Origin: an uncultured Chloroflexia bacterium
Lineage (GTDB): Bacteria; Chloroflexota; Limnocylindria; Limnocylindrales; CSP1-4
Assembly: GCA_963778025.1 (NCBI GenBank)
Contig: CAVZTA010000003.1
Coordinates: forward strand, 442,751-506,750
Direction: 5' to 3'
DNA length: 64,000 bases
The notes under the pieces were generated by a model that saw nothing but the letters and a program-made list of their open reading frames with translations, did not search any database and had not been told where the DNA came from. Shown piece after piece: positions 9,790 through 22,813 of the stretch (positions are counted from its first letter, which is position 1; each line of letters begins with the position of its first letter). A program made the translations under genes and the position numbers.

Positions 9790-11655
9790 ATGACGATCAC
9801 GAGGGGCAGGGACGCGGCGGCCGCGCCCGAACGGACGCGGCGCAGTCACGTGCCGGGCGACGGGTCGGTCACGGCGGCCGCCGTCGAGCAGGCCCGGCGC
9901 GAGATGCTGCGCGACGTCACGCCGCGCAAGAAGAACCGCATCGGCGCGGACGCCCTGATGGAGTCGCTCATCCGGCAGAACGTCGACGTCCTGTTCGGCT
10001 ATCCGGGGGGCGTGATCCTGCCGCTCTACGACGTCCTCGGCGACTACCCCGAGATCCGCCACGTGCTCGTCCGTCATGAGCAGGGCGGCGGGCACGCGGC
10101 CGACGGCTATGCCCGCGCCAGCGGCCGGATCGGCGTCTGCCTGGGCACGTCCGGTCCCGCCGCGACGAACCTCGTCACGGCGATCGCCACGGCGCAGCTG
10201 GACTCCGTGCCGCTCGTCGCGATCACCGGCAACGTGCCCGCCGCCCTCCTGGGCAAGGACGCCTTCCAGGAGATCGACATCACCGGCATCACCCTGCCGA
10301 TGACCAAGCACAACGAGCTCATCCGGGACCCCGATCGGATCCCCGGCGCGGTCGCCGAGGCGTTCTGGATCGCGCAGCAGGGCCGGCCCGGGCCGGTCCA
10401 CATCGACTTCACCAAGGACGCGCTGACCGGCGAGGCGACCGCCGGGCATCCGTCGCTCGAGGAGGTCATGGCGGCGCTGCCGGGCGTGCGTCCCAACTAC
10501 GACGGCCATCCGCGGCAGCTGAAGCTCGCGGCCGCCGAGATCGCCAAGGCGAAGCGGCCATTGCTGCTGGTCGGCCACGGCGTGCTCGTCGCCGAAGCCT
10601 GGGACGACCTGCGGGCATTCGCCGAGAAGACCAGCATCCCCGTCGCGTGGACGCTCCTGGGCATCGGGGCCATCGACGAGGACCACCCGCTGGCCTACGG
10701 CTACATGGGCATGCACGGCTGGAAGCACGTCAATCGGGCGATCCAGTCGGCCGACCTCATCGTCGCGCTCGGGATGCGCTTCGACGACCGCGTGACCGGC
10801 AACGTGCGCACGTACGCGCCGTACGCGCGCATCGTCCACGTCGACATCGACCCCGCCGAGATCGGCAAGAACGTGGCGGTCGAGGTGCCCATCGTGGGCG
10901 ACGCGGGCCGCGTGCTCAGGGCGCTGACGCCGCTCGTGGACGCGGTCGCGATGAGCGAGCGCCAGGGCTACCTCGATGAGCTGGCGGAGTGGCGTCGCGA
11001 CTCCGAGGGCTCGAGCTGGCACGGCTCGGGCGGCTGGCGCAGCGGCGCCCTGTCGGCCGACTACGTGGTGCAGCGGATCGGCGAGCTGTCCGGCCATGAC
11101 GCGACCTATGTCGCCGACGTCGGCCAGAACCAGATGTGGCTCGCCCGCTACACGAAGTTCCGGCGACCCCACTCGCACATCAGCTCGGGCGGGCTGGGCA
11201 CGATGGGCTTCAGCGTGCCGGCGGCGATGGGCGCGGCGCTGGGCCGGCCGGATCACGAGACGTGGGCCATCACCGGCGACGGCGGGTTCCAGATGACCAG
11301 CCAGGAGCTGATGACGCTGGTCCAGGACCGGATCCCGGTGAAGATCGCGCTGTTCGACAACAAGAAGCTCGGGATGATCCGGCAGTGGCAGGAGATCATC
11401 TACGCGGGCAACTACCACTCCGCGGCGCTGCTCGGGCCCGACTACCTGAAGCTCGCCGAGGCGTACGGCATCCCGGCCATCAAGGCGACGAAGCCCGATG
11501 AGGTCGACGACGCGATCCGCTTCGCGCAGGGCGTCGACGGGCCCGCGCTCATCTGGTTCGAGATCGCCGGCGAGCAGAACGTGTTCCCGATGATGCCGGC
11601 CGGCAAGGGCCTGTCCGACCTCATCGAGACGTGGGGCGGGGAGCCCGAGGAATGA
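9790..11655 (+). CDS. ilvB: acetolactate synthase large (catalytic) subunit
   Basis: 621 aa with TPP-enzyme N-terminal, central and C-terminal domains (GYPGGVILPLYD, HEQGGGHAADGYARASGR, GLGTMGFSVPAAMGA). Intact. Confidence 0.95.
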   Translation: MTITRGRDAAAAPERTRRSHVPGDGSVTAAAVEQARREMLRDVTPRKKNRIGADALMESLIRQNVDVLFGYPGGVILPLYDVLGDYPEIRHVLVRHEQGGGHAADGYARASGRIGVCLGTSGPAATNLVTAIATAQLDSVPLVAITGNVPAALLGKDAFQEIDITGITLPMTKHNELIRDPDRIPGAVAEAFWIAQQGRPGPVHIDFTKDALTGEATAGHPSLEEVMAALPGVRPNYDGHPRQLKLAAAEIAKAKRPLLLVGHGVLVAEAWDDLRAFAEKTSIPVAWTLLGIGAIDEDHPLAYGYMGMHGWKHVNRAIQSADLIVALGMRFDDRVTGNVRTYAPYARIVHVDIDPAEIGKNVAVEVPIVGDAGRVLRALTPLVDAVAMSERQGYLDELAEWRRDSEGSSWHGSGGWRSGALSADYVVQRIGELSGHDATYVADVGQNQMWLARYTKFRRPHSHISSGGLGTMGFSVPAAMGAALGRPDHETWAITGDGGFQMTSQELMTLVQDRIPVKIALFDNKKLGMIRQWQEIIYAGNYHSAALLGPDYLKLAEAYGIPAIKATKPDEVDDAIRFAQGVDGPALIWFEIAGEQNVFPMMPAGKGLSDLIETWGGEPEE

Positions 11656-12266
11656 GCGGCGATCCGGCGAGCAACGGTCGGGCCCCGGCCGCGTCCGTCG
11701 GACCGGCCCCCGCGCACGCGGCGCCGCCCCCGCGTGCGCTGCCGGGCACGGGCGATCAACGACGCCACATCCTGGTGGTGCTCGTGACCGACCGGCCCGG
11801 GGTGCTGAACCGTGTCGCCTCGCTGATGCGCGCGCGGAACTTCAACATCGACTCGCTGGCCGTGTCGCGCACCGACCGGGACGGCCTGTCACGGATGACG
11901 ATCACGCTCCACGGTGACGACGTGAACGTGGAGCAGGCGGCCAAGCAGCTGTACAGGCTCGTCGACGTGGTCAAGGTCCAGGACGTGACCAGCGACCCGA
12001 TCGTCGAGCACGAGCTGGCGTTCATCAAGGTCCGCGCCACCGATGCGAACCGCGGCGAGATCGTCCGCATCGTCGAGCTCGGCAAGGGCCGGGTGGTGGA
12101 CCTGGCGGAGGGGTCGGTGATCGTGGAGGCCACCGGCACGGAGCGGGAGATCGACGAGCTCGTCGGGCTCCTGCGGAGCTACGGCATCAAGGAGCTGGTC
12201 CGGACCGGTGCGGTGGTCATGAGCCGCGGCGCCGCATCGATCGAGGAGGCACTGAGGGTTCGATGA
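11652..12266 (+). CDS. ilvN: acetolactate synthase small (regulatory) subunit
   Basis: ACT domain ([34 protein letters not shown]) plus the AHAS small-subunit C-terminal domain. ATGA overlap with ilvB. Confidence 0.9.
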   Translation: MSGDPASNGRAPAASVGPAPAHAAPPPRALPGTGDQRRHILVVLVTDRPGVLNRVASLMRARNFNIDSLAVSRTDRDGLSRMTITLHGDDVNVEQAAKQLYRLVDVVKVQDVTSDPIVEHELAFIKVRATDANRGEIVRIVELGKGRVVDLAEGSVIVEATGTEREIDELVGLLRSYGIKELVRTGAVVMSRGAASIEEALRVR

Positions 12267-13332
12267 CGGCCAAGATGTACTACGACGACGATGCCGATCC
12301 CGCGGCGCTCTGGCAGGGCGGAGAGACATCGCCATCATCGGCTACGGCTCGCAGGGTCACGCCCATGCCCTGAACCTCCGGGATTCCGGGTATGACGTGG
12401 TGGTCGGGCTGGCGCCCGGATCCAAGAGCCGGCCGTTGGCCGCCGACGCCGGGCTGCGAGTGGCCGACGTGGCCGATGCCGTCCGCGACGCGGACACGAT
12501 CATGATCGCCGTCCCCGATACGGTGCAGAAGTCGGTGTACGACACCGAGATCGCGCCGAACCTCCGGCCGGGGCAGCTGCTGATGTTCGCCCACGGCTTC
12601 AACATCCGGTTCGGGCGCATCGCCCCGCCCGACACGATCGACGTGGGGATGGTCGCGCCCAAGGGCCCGGGTCACCTGCTGCGCAGCGTGTACGAGTCCG
12701 GCGGTGGCGTGCCCGCGCTGTTCGCGGTCCACAACGACGGCAGCGGCACGGCGCGCGATCGCGTGCTCGCCTACGCGCGCGGGCTGGGGTCCACGCGGGC
12801 GGGTGTCCTCGAGACCACGTTCGCCGAGGAGACCGAGACCGACCTGTTCGGCGAGCAGGCGCTCCTCTGCGGCGGCGTCTCCGCGCTCGTGAAGGCGGCC
12901 TTCGAGACGCTCGTCGAGGCGGGCTATCAGCCCGAGCTGGCCTACTTCGAGACGATGCACGAGCTCAAGCTCATCGTGGACCTGATGTACCGCGGCGGGC
13001 TCAACTTCATGCGCTTCAGCGTCAGCGACACCGCCGAGTTCGGCGACTACGTGTCCGGCCCGCGCGTGACCGAGGGCGCCAAGGCCGCGATGAAGGACGT
13101 CCTCACCGACATCCAGAGCGGGGCGTTCGCGACGCGTTGGGTCAACGAGTACGACAGCGGCGGCGAGACGTTCAAGCGCTTGCGGGAGCAGGACCGCGAC
13201 CACCAGATCGAGCAGGTCGGCGCGGAGCTCCGCTCGAAGATGCCGTTCCTCGACCCGGTCACCGTCCAGGCCGGCCAGGCACAGGCCGGGCAGACCGGCG
13301 CCGCGCGGCGCCGGGAGGAGGTCGCACGATGA
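12263..13332 (+). CDS. ilvC: ketol-acid reductoisomerase (apparent +1/-1 frameshift near 12318-12325)
   Basis: N-terminus [19 protein letters not shown] is in one frame. The remainder ([37 protein letters not shown]...) continues in a shifted frame as ORF 12397..13332. ATGA overlap with ilvN. Confidence 0.85.
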
Positions 13333-14973
13333 CGCTGCCCGCCACCTCCCCGCGGTACGGCGCCGGTGTCGCCGCCGGGACGGTCCGGATCTTCGACACC
13401 ACGCTCCGCGACGGCGAGCAGGCGCCCGGCGCCGGCCTCACCGCGGCCGAGAAGCTGGATGTCGCGCGGCAGCTCGCGCGGCTCAAGGTCGATGTCATCG
13501 AGGCGGGCTTTCCCGCGGCTTCGCCCGGCGACTTCGAGGCGGTCCAGCGGATCGCGCGCGAGACCAGGGGCGGCATCGCGGTCGCGGCGCTCGCGCGCTG
13601 CAAGGACGGCGATCCGCAGCGCGCCGTCGAGGCGATCGGCGTCGCGGAGCGGCCGCACCTCCACCTGTTCATCGCGACCAGCGATATCCACCTCAAGCAC
13701 AAGCTCCGCCTGTCGCGCGAGGAGGCGCTTCGTGACGCGGTCCGCTGGGTCGGCTGGGCGCGCGAGACGCTGGGCCGCGACGCCGAGATCGAGTTCTCGG
13801 CCGAAGACGCGTCCCGGACGGACGTCGAGTTCCTGTTGCAGGTCTACGAAGCGGTGGTCGGCGCGGGCGCGTCGACGGTGAACATCCCCGACACCGTGGG
13901 CTACGCGATCCCGGCGGAGTTCGGCTCGCTGGTCGGCCGGGTCGTCGACCGTCGTCGGACGCGATGCGACCGTCAGCGTCCACTGCCACAACGACCTGGG
14001 GCTCGCGACGGCCAACACGCTGGCCGCGGTCCAGGCCGGTGCCCGCCAGGTCGAGGTGACCATCAACGGCCTCGGCGAGCGCGCCGGCAACGCGTCGCTG
14101 GAGGAGGTCGTGATGGCCCTCCGCACGCGGCCGACCCAGTTCCCGGAGCTCGGCTCCGGCGTCGCCACCGAGCACATCACCCCGGCCTCGCGGCTGGTGT
14201 CGTACCTGACCGGCTTCGCGGTGCAGCCGAACAAGGCGATCGTCGGCGCCAATGCCTTCGCGCACGAGTCCGGCATCCACCAGGACGGCGTGATCAAGAA
14301 CCCGCTGACCTACGAGATCATGACCCCGCAGTCGGTGGGCCTGGGCGGCAGCACGCTGTCGATCGGCAAGCTGTCGGGCCGCAAGGGCCTCCAGGGCAAG
14401 CTCCGCGAGCTGGGCCATGACCTCGACGGCGAGGCGCTCGACGCGATCTATCGGGCCGCGATCGCCCTGGCCGATACCAAGAAGGAGGTCACCGACGCCG
14501 ACCTCCTGGCGCTCGTCGAGCGGCGCGCCGGGGACGTCCCGCGCAGCATCGAGCTCCTCGGCTGGAGCGTGACCTCATCCTCGGGCGGTCACGCCGTGGG
14601 TTCCGTGTCCCTGTCCGTGGCGGGCGAGGAACGGGCGACCGAGGCCAGGGGCAACGGGCCGGTCAACGCGCTGTTCGGTGCGGTCGATGCCGCGATCCAC
14701 CCGGCGCTCGGGTGGCACCCGGTGCTCGAGGAATACGAGATCAAGGCGGTGTCCGCCGGTGAGGACGCGCAGGGCCAGGTGCTGGTGCGCTGCCGCCGCT
14801 CCTCCGACGAGGGGCCCGGCGCGCTGGCGGTCACGGGGCACGGGTTGAGCACGAACATCATCGAGGCGTCGCTGGAGGCGTACCTCGTCGCGACCAACAA
14901 GCTCCACGGCGCGGAGATCAATGGGGTCTCCGTGGCGTTCGTGGGGCGACGCACGGCGGACGACCTGCCGTGA
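13329..14973 (+). CDS. leuA: 2-isopropylmalate synthase (apparent frameshift near 13950-13962)
   Basis: [29 protein letters not shown].. (HMGL-like TIM barrel) is in one frame. ..[50 protein letters not shown].. and the C-terminal LeuA-dimer domain are in ORF 14056..14973. ATGA overlap with ilvC. Confidence 0.85.
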
Positions 14974-16105
14974 CGACGTACCGCCTCGTGTCGCTCCCAG
15001 GCGACGGGGTCGGGACCGAGCGTCGTCGACGCCGCGAAGCAGGTGCTCGCCGCGGCGGGGGCCGCCCACGGGTTCGACATCGCGTGGACGGAGCTGACCA
15101 TCGGCGGCGCGGCGATCGACGCCTACGGGACGGCGTATCGCGACCAGGACATCGAGGTCTGCCGCGGGGCGGACGCCATCCTCCTGGGCGCGGTCGGCGG
15201 CCCGAAGTGGGACGACCCGACGTCGAAGGTCCGCCCCGAGCAGGTGCTGTTCGCGCTTCGCGGCGGTCTCGGGCTGTTCGCCAACCTGCGACCGGTCACG
15301 ATCCACCCGGCACTCGTGCCGGCATCGCCGCTGCGGCCGGAGCTGCTCCGTGGCGTCGATCTGCTGATCGTGCGCGAGCTCACCGGCGGCATCTACTTCG
15401 GCGAGCGCTCCGAGGCGTCGGGCGATCCGGGTCAGCGCACCGCGCTCGACACGCTTGCCGTACTCCGAGTTCGAGGTGCGTCGGGTCGTCGCGCTGGCGT
15501 TCGCCCTGGCGTCCGCTCGGCGGAAGCGGCTGACGAGCGTCGACAAGGCGAACGTCCTTGCCACGTCGCGCCTGTGGCGCACGGTGGTCGAGGAGGAGCG
15601 CCGGCGGACGCCGGATGTGGAGGTCGGGCATCAGCTGGTCGATTCGTGCGCGATGCTCCTGGTCAAGGAACCCGCCCGATTCGACGTCATCGTCACCGAG
15701 AACCTGTTCGGCGACATCCTGTCGGACGAGGCGGCGGTGCTCGCCGGGTCCCTGGGGATGCTGCCCAGCGCCTCGCTCGGCGAGCGGCAGACCGCGCACG
15801 GGACGTTCGGCCTGTACGAGCCGATCCACGGCTCGGCGCCCGACATCGCGGGCCAGGACAAGGCGAACCCGATCGGGACGATCCTGTCGGGCGCGATGCT
15901 CCTGCGCTGGTCGCTCGGCGAGGCCGAGGCTGCCGATGCCGTCGAGGCCGCGGTAGGCCGGGCGCTCGACGATGGGTTCCGCACCGGCGACCTGGGCTCC
16001 GGGCCCGGGACGACGAGTGTCGGGACGGTCGGCATGACACGAGCGATCCTCGACCGGATCGCCATTCCCCGGCCGGTGGCAGCCGCTGCCCGGCTGACAG
16101 GTTGA
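14970..16105 (+). CDS. leuB: 3-isopropylmalate dehydrogenase (two apparent frameshifts near 15012 and 15458)
   Basis: [17 protein letters not shown] (frame A), then ..[22 protein letters not shown]...LFANLRPV...[10 protein letters not shown] (frame B), then [10 protein letters not shown]...[28 protein letters not shown]...[13 protein letters not shown] (frame C). GTGA overlap with leuA. Confidence 0.8.
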
Positions 16106-16163
16106 GACCCCCGCAGGCGAGGCGCCGCGTCCGCCCGGCCCACCTTCCTCGAGGCTTCATCGG

Positions 16164-17905
<1,742 letters not shown>

Positions 17906-17909
<4 letters not shown>

Positions 17910-18448
17910 GCTCGACGCAGACGACCAGCGCCCCCGACGCGACCATCCAGCTCGCCCGCTGGACCGTCACCTCCGGCTCCAACGTCCAGAGCCGCGGCGC
18001 GGTCATCCTGGCCGCCGGGGACCGGCAGTGGGAGGCGTCGGCCGAGGGGACGGGCGCGATCGACGCCCTGTACCGGGCGATCGACCAGGCGCTGCGCGAC
18101 CTCCTCGACGGCCATCCGCGGCTGCTCGCGTACGACATCCACGCCCTCGGCGAGGGCTCGGACACGATCGGCGCGGTCACGGTCCGGGTCGCACCGCCGC
18201 CCCACGAGGGCGAGCGTGGCACGGGCGAGTACACCGGGGAGGCTCGCGGGCGGAACATCGTCGCGGCCTCGATCGAGGCCTACATCGAGGCCGTCAACGC
18301 GATGCTCGGCGAGGCGCACTGGTCGGGCGCGGCGGAGGCGGCGACCGGCGGGCGGCGCGTGGCCTCGACGGAGGCGGCGCGCGCGCGGCGAGCGGAGCTC
18401 GACGAGGACGCCGGCGAGATCGACACCACGGACTGGTTCAACCGCTAG
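17906..18448 (+). CDS. stand-alone LeuA-dimer (allosteric/regulatory) domain protein
   Basis: ATGA-coupled to cimA. The segment ATIQLARWTVTSGSNVQSRGAVILAAGDRQWEASAEGTGAIDALYRAIDQAL...GRNIVAASIEAYIEAVNAML aligns with the C-terminal regulatory domains of the leuA and cimA products in this window. Confidence 0.6.
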
Positions 18449-18478
18449 CCGACCGGGTCCGGTGCGGGGGCACGTCGC

Positions 18479-19321
18479 GTGACGGACCCGACGGCGGTCG
18501 CCGGCTTCGACCCCGACGCGTTCGACGCCTTCGAGGCCGCCGGCTGGGACGCGCGGAGCGACCCGTACGACGCCTTCTGGGCGCCGATCACCGTCCGGGC
18601 AGCGGACGCGGTCCTCGACGCGGCCGGGGTCCATGCAGGGCGCCGCGGCACGAGGCTCCTGGACGTCGGCTGTGGCACCGGCCACGTGAGCGCCAGGGCC
18701 GCGTCCCTGGGCGCCGTGGTGACCGGCCTGGACGTCGCCCCGTCGATGGTCGCGGCGGCGTCGGCGCTGGTCCCGGAGGCCTCGTTCGTGGTCGGCTCCG
18801 CCGAGGCGCTGCCGTTCGCTGCGGGCGCGTTCGACGCGGTCGTCGCGAACTTCGTGCTGCTCCATGTGGGCCGGCAGGAGGTCGCGCTGGCCGAGATGGC
18901 GCGCGTCCTGCGGCCCGGCGGCGGGCTGGGCGTGACGATGTGGGATGAGGGCGCAGCCGATGCGCTCCACGCCGTCCTGCTCGCGGCGGTCGCGGAGGTG
19001 GGGGCGACGCCGCCCGCGGACCTGCCGCCCGGACCGCCGGCGTTCTACCCCGACGAGGCGTTCTCGGGCCTGGTGGCTGCAGCGGGGTTCGCGTCGGTCG
19101 CCGTGTCTCACCTCGCATTCAGCGTCGCGTTCCCCGACGCCGAGGCCATGTGGTCGGGCATGCTCCGCGCCGGGGTGCGCTTCCCGCCCCTGGTCAACGC
19201 CCAGCCACCCGAGATCCGGACCGCGATCCGCGCGGCCTTCGAGCGCCGCCTGGCACCGTACGCGGTGGATGGCGGCCTGGAGGTGCCAACCTCGATCCAG
19301 GTCACCGCGGCCCGGCGCTGA
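18479..19321 (+). CDS. class I SAM-dependent methyltransferase
   Basis: SAM-binding motif I (LLDVGCGTGHVS), ...FDAVVANFVLLHV and motif post-II (LRPGGGLGVTMWD). GTG start. Confidence 0.85.
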   Translation: MTDPTAVAGFDPDAFDAFEAAGWDARSDPYDAFWAPITVRAADAVLDAAGVHAGRRGTRLLDVGCGTGHVSARAASLGAVVTGLDVAPSMVAAASALVPEASFVVGSAEALPFAAGAFDAVVANFVLLHVGRQEVALAEMARVLRPGGGLGVTMWDEGAADALHAVLLAAVAEVGATPPADLPPGPPAFYPDEAFSGLVAAAGFASVAVSHLAFSVAFPDAEAMWSGMLRAGVRFPPLVNAQPPEIRTAIRAAFERRLAPYAVDGGLEVPTSIQVTAARR

Positions 19322-19354
19322 CGCGGTACCGTCCCAGCGCCATAGGAGGTCACG

Positions 19355-20068
19355 TTGTTCTCCCGGTTCCGGCGCCGCCGCCAGCCCGAGCCCGAGCCCG
19401 AACCCGTCGTCGAGCACGGCGCGTTCGACGGCTTCGACGCCGCCTTCGGTCCACCGGCCGAGGTCTTCCGGGATCGCGGCTGGAGCCTCGCCGAGACGAC
19501 CGAGGTCTTCGGCGTGCGCAGCGCGGTCCTGACCGAGTTCCTGGCGCGCCACGCACGGGCCTCGTACCTCGATGGCCTGTTGCGCATCGCCCTGCCCGGG
19601 GGCCGGTTCGACCCGCGGACGTGGAACGGGCCCGGCGGCTGGGTCGACGACTGGCCGAACGCGCGCGAGCTGGTCGTGTTCGCGTATGACTGGCTGGGGC
19701 GGCTGTACGGCGTGGACCGGACGGGCACCTGGGGCGCGGCGGGGACCGTCGCACGACTGGCGACCGGCGCGGACACGATCGAGTCGACGGGTCAGCCGCT
19801 CGACGCGTGGCTGCTCGAGACGCTGCCCGGCGACCGCGACGCGATCCTCCGCGCCGACGACTACCGCGCGTGGCTGCACGGCGCGACGCCGCTCGATACG
19901 GAGTCGTGTGCGAGCTACCGGCGGCCGCTCGGCCTCGGCGGGGCGGACGACGTCGCGAACCTCGAGCGCACCTCATTCATCGTCCACGTCTCGATCAGCG
20001 GTCAGCTCGCGGGCCAGATCCGCGATCTGCCGCCGGGCACCGCGATGTCGGGCATCACCCTCCAGTGA
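19355..20068 (+). CDS. hypothetical protein, possibly DUF1851/Tdi1-like immunity-type fold
   Basis: TTG start with a strong AGGAGG RBS 5 nt upstream. The ..ELVVFAYDWLGRLYGVDRTG.. segment resembles GAD-like/DUF1851 immunity proteins. This is a recollection, not a verified match. Confidence 0.4.
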   Translation: MFSRFRRRRQPEPEPEPVVEHGAFDGFDAAFGPPAEVFRDRGWSLAETTEVFGVRSAVLTEFLARHARASYLDGLLRIALPGGRFDPRTWNGPGGWVDDWPNARELVVFAYDWLGRLYGVDRTGTWGAAGTVARLATGADTIESTGQPLDAWLLETLPGDRDAILRADDYRAWLHGATPLDTESCASYRRPLGLGGADDVANLERTSFIVHVSISGQLAGQIRDLPPGTAMSGITLQ

Positions 20069-21033
20069 CCCGGGCGAGGGTCGCCTACCAGGGCGAGCCC
20101 GGCGCGTTCGCCGAGGAGGCGGCCCGGACGTTCTTCGCCGCCGCCAACGTCGCGCCCGTGCCCACCTGGCGCGGCGTGTTCGAGGCCGTGCGTGACGGCG
20201 TCGCGGATGCGGGCGCCGTCCCGATCGAGAACTCGCTCGTGGGGACCATCCGCGAGAACCACGACCTGCTCTACGAGTTCCACGACGACGGCATCCGCAT
20301 CCACGGCGAGGTCAGCGTCCCGGTGCGCCTGGCGCTGCTCGCCCTGCCGGACCAGCGCATCGACCAGATCGAGCGGGTGTACTCGCACCCGCAGGCGCTC
20401 GCGCAGGCCGATGCGTTCCTGCGCACGCGGTCGTGGCAGGTGATGACGACCTACAACACCGCCGGCGCCGCCAAGCTCATCGCGGAGGGCGCGGAGCGTG
20501 GCGCCGCCGCGATCGCCGCGCCGCGGGTCGCCGCGATGTACGGGCTGACCATCCTCGCCGACGGGGTGCAGACCGGCCAGGGTGACCGGACGCGTTTCGC
20601 GATCGTCGCGGGCCGCCCGCTGGAGCCCCGGTGGCCGACGAAGGGCATGACCGACGGCGCGCCGCGGACCACGATCGTGTTCGCGGTGCGGAACGTGCCG
20701 GGCTCCCTGCACCGCTGTCTCGGGGCGTTCGCGGCGCGCGGGCTCAACCTGTCGCGGCTCGAGTCCCGGCCCTGGGTGGGGCGCGGGACGCGCTGGGAAT
20801 ACCTGTTCTGGGTCGACCTCGACGGCGACCCGGCCGAACCCGAGGCGGCCGCGGCGCTCGAGGCGCTGAGCGCCGAGACGGAGCTCGTCGAGGATCCTCG
20901 GGACGTACCCCCGCGCGCCCGAGGACTGATCGCCGGCCGTCCAGCAGTCGCGACCACGGTGCGCGGGCTTGCGATGATAGGGTCCCGTCGATCCGACCCA
21001 GCCGATGTGCACCGAGCCGTGGAGGGCCCGTGA
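20068..21033 (+). CDS. pheA: prephenate dehydratase
   Basis: PDT domain (RVAYQGEPGAFAEEAA...VPIENSLVGTI...YSHPQALAQ) plus a C-terminal ACT domain (TIVFAVRNVPGSLHRCLGAFAARGLNLSRLESRP). GTG start overlaps the upstream stop. Confidence 0.85.
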   Translation, partial: TRARVAYQGEPGAFAEEAARTFFAAANVAPVPTWRGVFEAVRDGVADAGAVPIENSLVGTIRENHDLLYEFHDDGIRIHGEVSVPVRLALLALPDQRIDQIERVYSHPQALAQADAFLRTRSWQVMTTYNTAGAAKLIAEGAERGAAAIAAPRVAAMYGLTILADGVQTGQGDRTRFAIVAGRPLEPRWPTKGMTDGAPRTTIVFAVRNVPGSLHRCLGAFAARGLNLSRLESRPWVGRGTRWEYLFWVDLDGDPAEPEAAAALEALSAETELVEDPRDVPPRARGLIAGRPAVATTVRGLAMIGSRRSDPADVHRAVEGP

Positions 21034-22701
21034 CGAACGCGTTCCGCGACGAGATGGCCGCCGGCTACGGATTCGACGAGCCGTCGCTCGTCCTGGGCTC
21101 GCCGGTCCGCGACGACGCCGTCCTGGACGACGTCCGCGTGCAGCTTCCGCTGTCGCGCGTGAACCGCCACGGGCTGATCGCCGGCGCCACCGGGACGGGC
21201 AAGACCAAGACGCTCCAGATCCTCGCCGGCGAGCTGTCGAAGGTCGGCGTGCCGGTGTTCGCGGTCGACGTCAAGGGCGACCTGTCGGGTGTCGGCGCCG
21301 TCGGCGATCCGGCCGACCCCAAGGTCGCCGACCGGGCGAAGGACCTTGCCTGGACGGTCGAGCCGACCGCGCACCCCATCGAGGTGCTGTCGCTCAGCGG
21401 CAAGAGCGGCGCGCAGGTCCGGGCGAGCGTCAGCAGCTTCGGCCCGCTGCTCCTGGGCAAGGTCCTCGATCTGAACGACACCCAGACGAGCATCCTGTCG
21501 CTGGTCTTCCGGTATTGCGACGACCAGCACCTGCCCCTCCTGGACCTCGCGGACCTCCGGACGACGCTGAAGTTCCTGGGCTCGGACGACGGCAAGGCGG
21601 TGCTCGAGGACCTGGGCGGCATCTCGCCGGCCAGCCTGGGCGTGATCCTGCGGTCGATCGTGACGCTGGAGCAGGAGGGCGCGGGCTCGTTCTTCGGCGA
21701 GCCCGAGTTCGACGTCCTCGAGCTCATCCGCACGAGCGCCGACGGCAAGGGGATCATCAGCCTCCTCGAGGTCGCGGACGTGATGGATCGTCCGCGCCTC
21801 TATTCGACGTTCGTGCTGTGGATGCTGGCGGAGCTGTACGAGGCATTGCCCGAGGTGGGCGACCTGCCCAAGCCCAAGCTCGCGTTCTTCTTCGACGAGG
21901 CGCACCTGCTGTTCAAGGACGCCTCCGAGGCCCTGATGGACCAGATCGAGCGGACGGCGCGGCTCATCCGCTCCAAGGGTGTCGGCGTCTACTTCGTGAC
22001 GCAGGCCCCGACCGACGTGCCGGCGTCCGTGCTGTCGCAGCTCGGCAACCGGGTCCAGCACGCGCTCCGGGCGTTCACGCCGGACGACGCCGAGAACCTG
22101 CGCAAGACCGCCCGCACCTTCCCGATGACCGATTCGTATGACGTGGAGCGCGACATCACGCGGCTCGGGATCGGCGAGGCGTTCGTCACCGTCCTCGGCC
22201 CCAAGGGCGTGCCCACGCCGCTCGCCTGGACGCGGCTCGATCCCGCCCGATTCGCGGATGGCGCCACTCTCGCCGCAGGAGCTCCAGGCCGCGGTGGCCG
22301 CCTCGCCGCTCGCGAGCCGCTACAACACCCCGGTCGACCGGGAAAGCGCGCATGAGCTGATCTCGGCGCGGATCGCCAACGCCAAGGCCGCTGCGGCACA
22401 GGCGACGGGCATGGCGATCCCCGGGGCCGCCGACCCGGCCTCACCGAGCACGAACCCGAGCGGCATGACCCAGGCCGAGATGGATCGCGAGATCAAGCGT
22501 CGCGCGAAGGAGCTGGAGGCACAGCGCAAGGCCGAGGAGCGGGAGCGCAAGGCCGAGGATCGGGCGCGCCGCGCCGACGAGCGGCAGCGGCAGAAGACGA
22601 TCGAGACGGGCATCCGCACCGCCGGCCGCGTCGTCACCTCGCGGACCGGCCAGTCGATCATCCGGGGCATCTTCGACACCATCTTCGGCAAGCGCCGCTG
22701 A
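21030..22701 (+). CDS. HerA-like C-terminal domain ATPase, DUF853/YjgR family (apparent frameshift near 22255)
   Basis: Walker A (GLIAGATGTGKTKT). The C-terminal ...LSPQELQAAVAASPLASRYNTPVDRESAHE...RGIFDTIFGKRR lies in a second frame as ORF 22138..22701. GTGA overlap with pheA. Confidence 0.75.
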
Positions 22702-22813
22702 GCGTCGCGTCTGCAACGGACTTCACAGGTCGCGCGAGCTCCCGGCGGCGCGCCGGCACCGCGCGCCGGACGACCCTCGATCGGCGTGCTCGGGACCACG
22801 AGGAGTCTTCACC

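Noticed and set aside
12263-16105. Genuine pseudogenisation of ilvC, leuA and leuB
   Set aside because: These genes are essential for prototrophy, have otherwise perfectly conserved sequence with high GC3, and remain in intact operon context. The same kind of single-base frame slips occur throughout unrelated genes. Assembly indels are the more parsimonious explanation.
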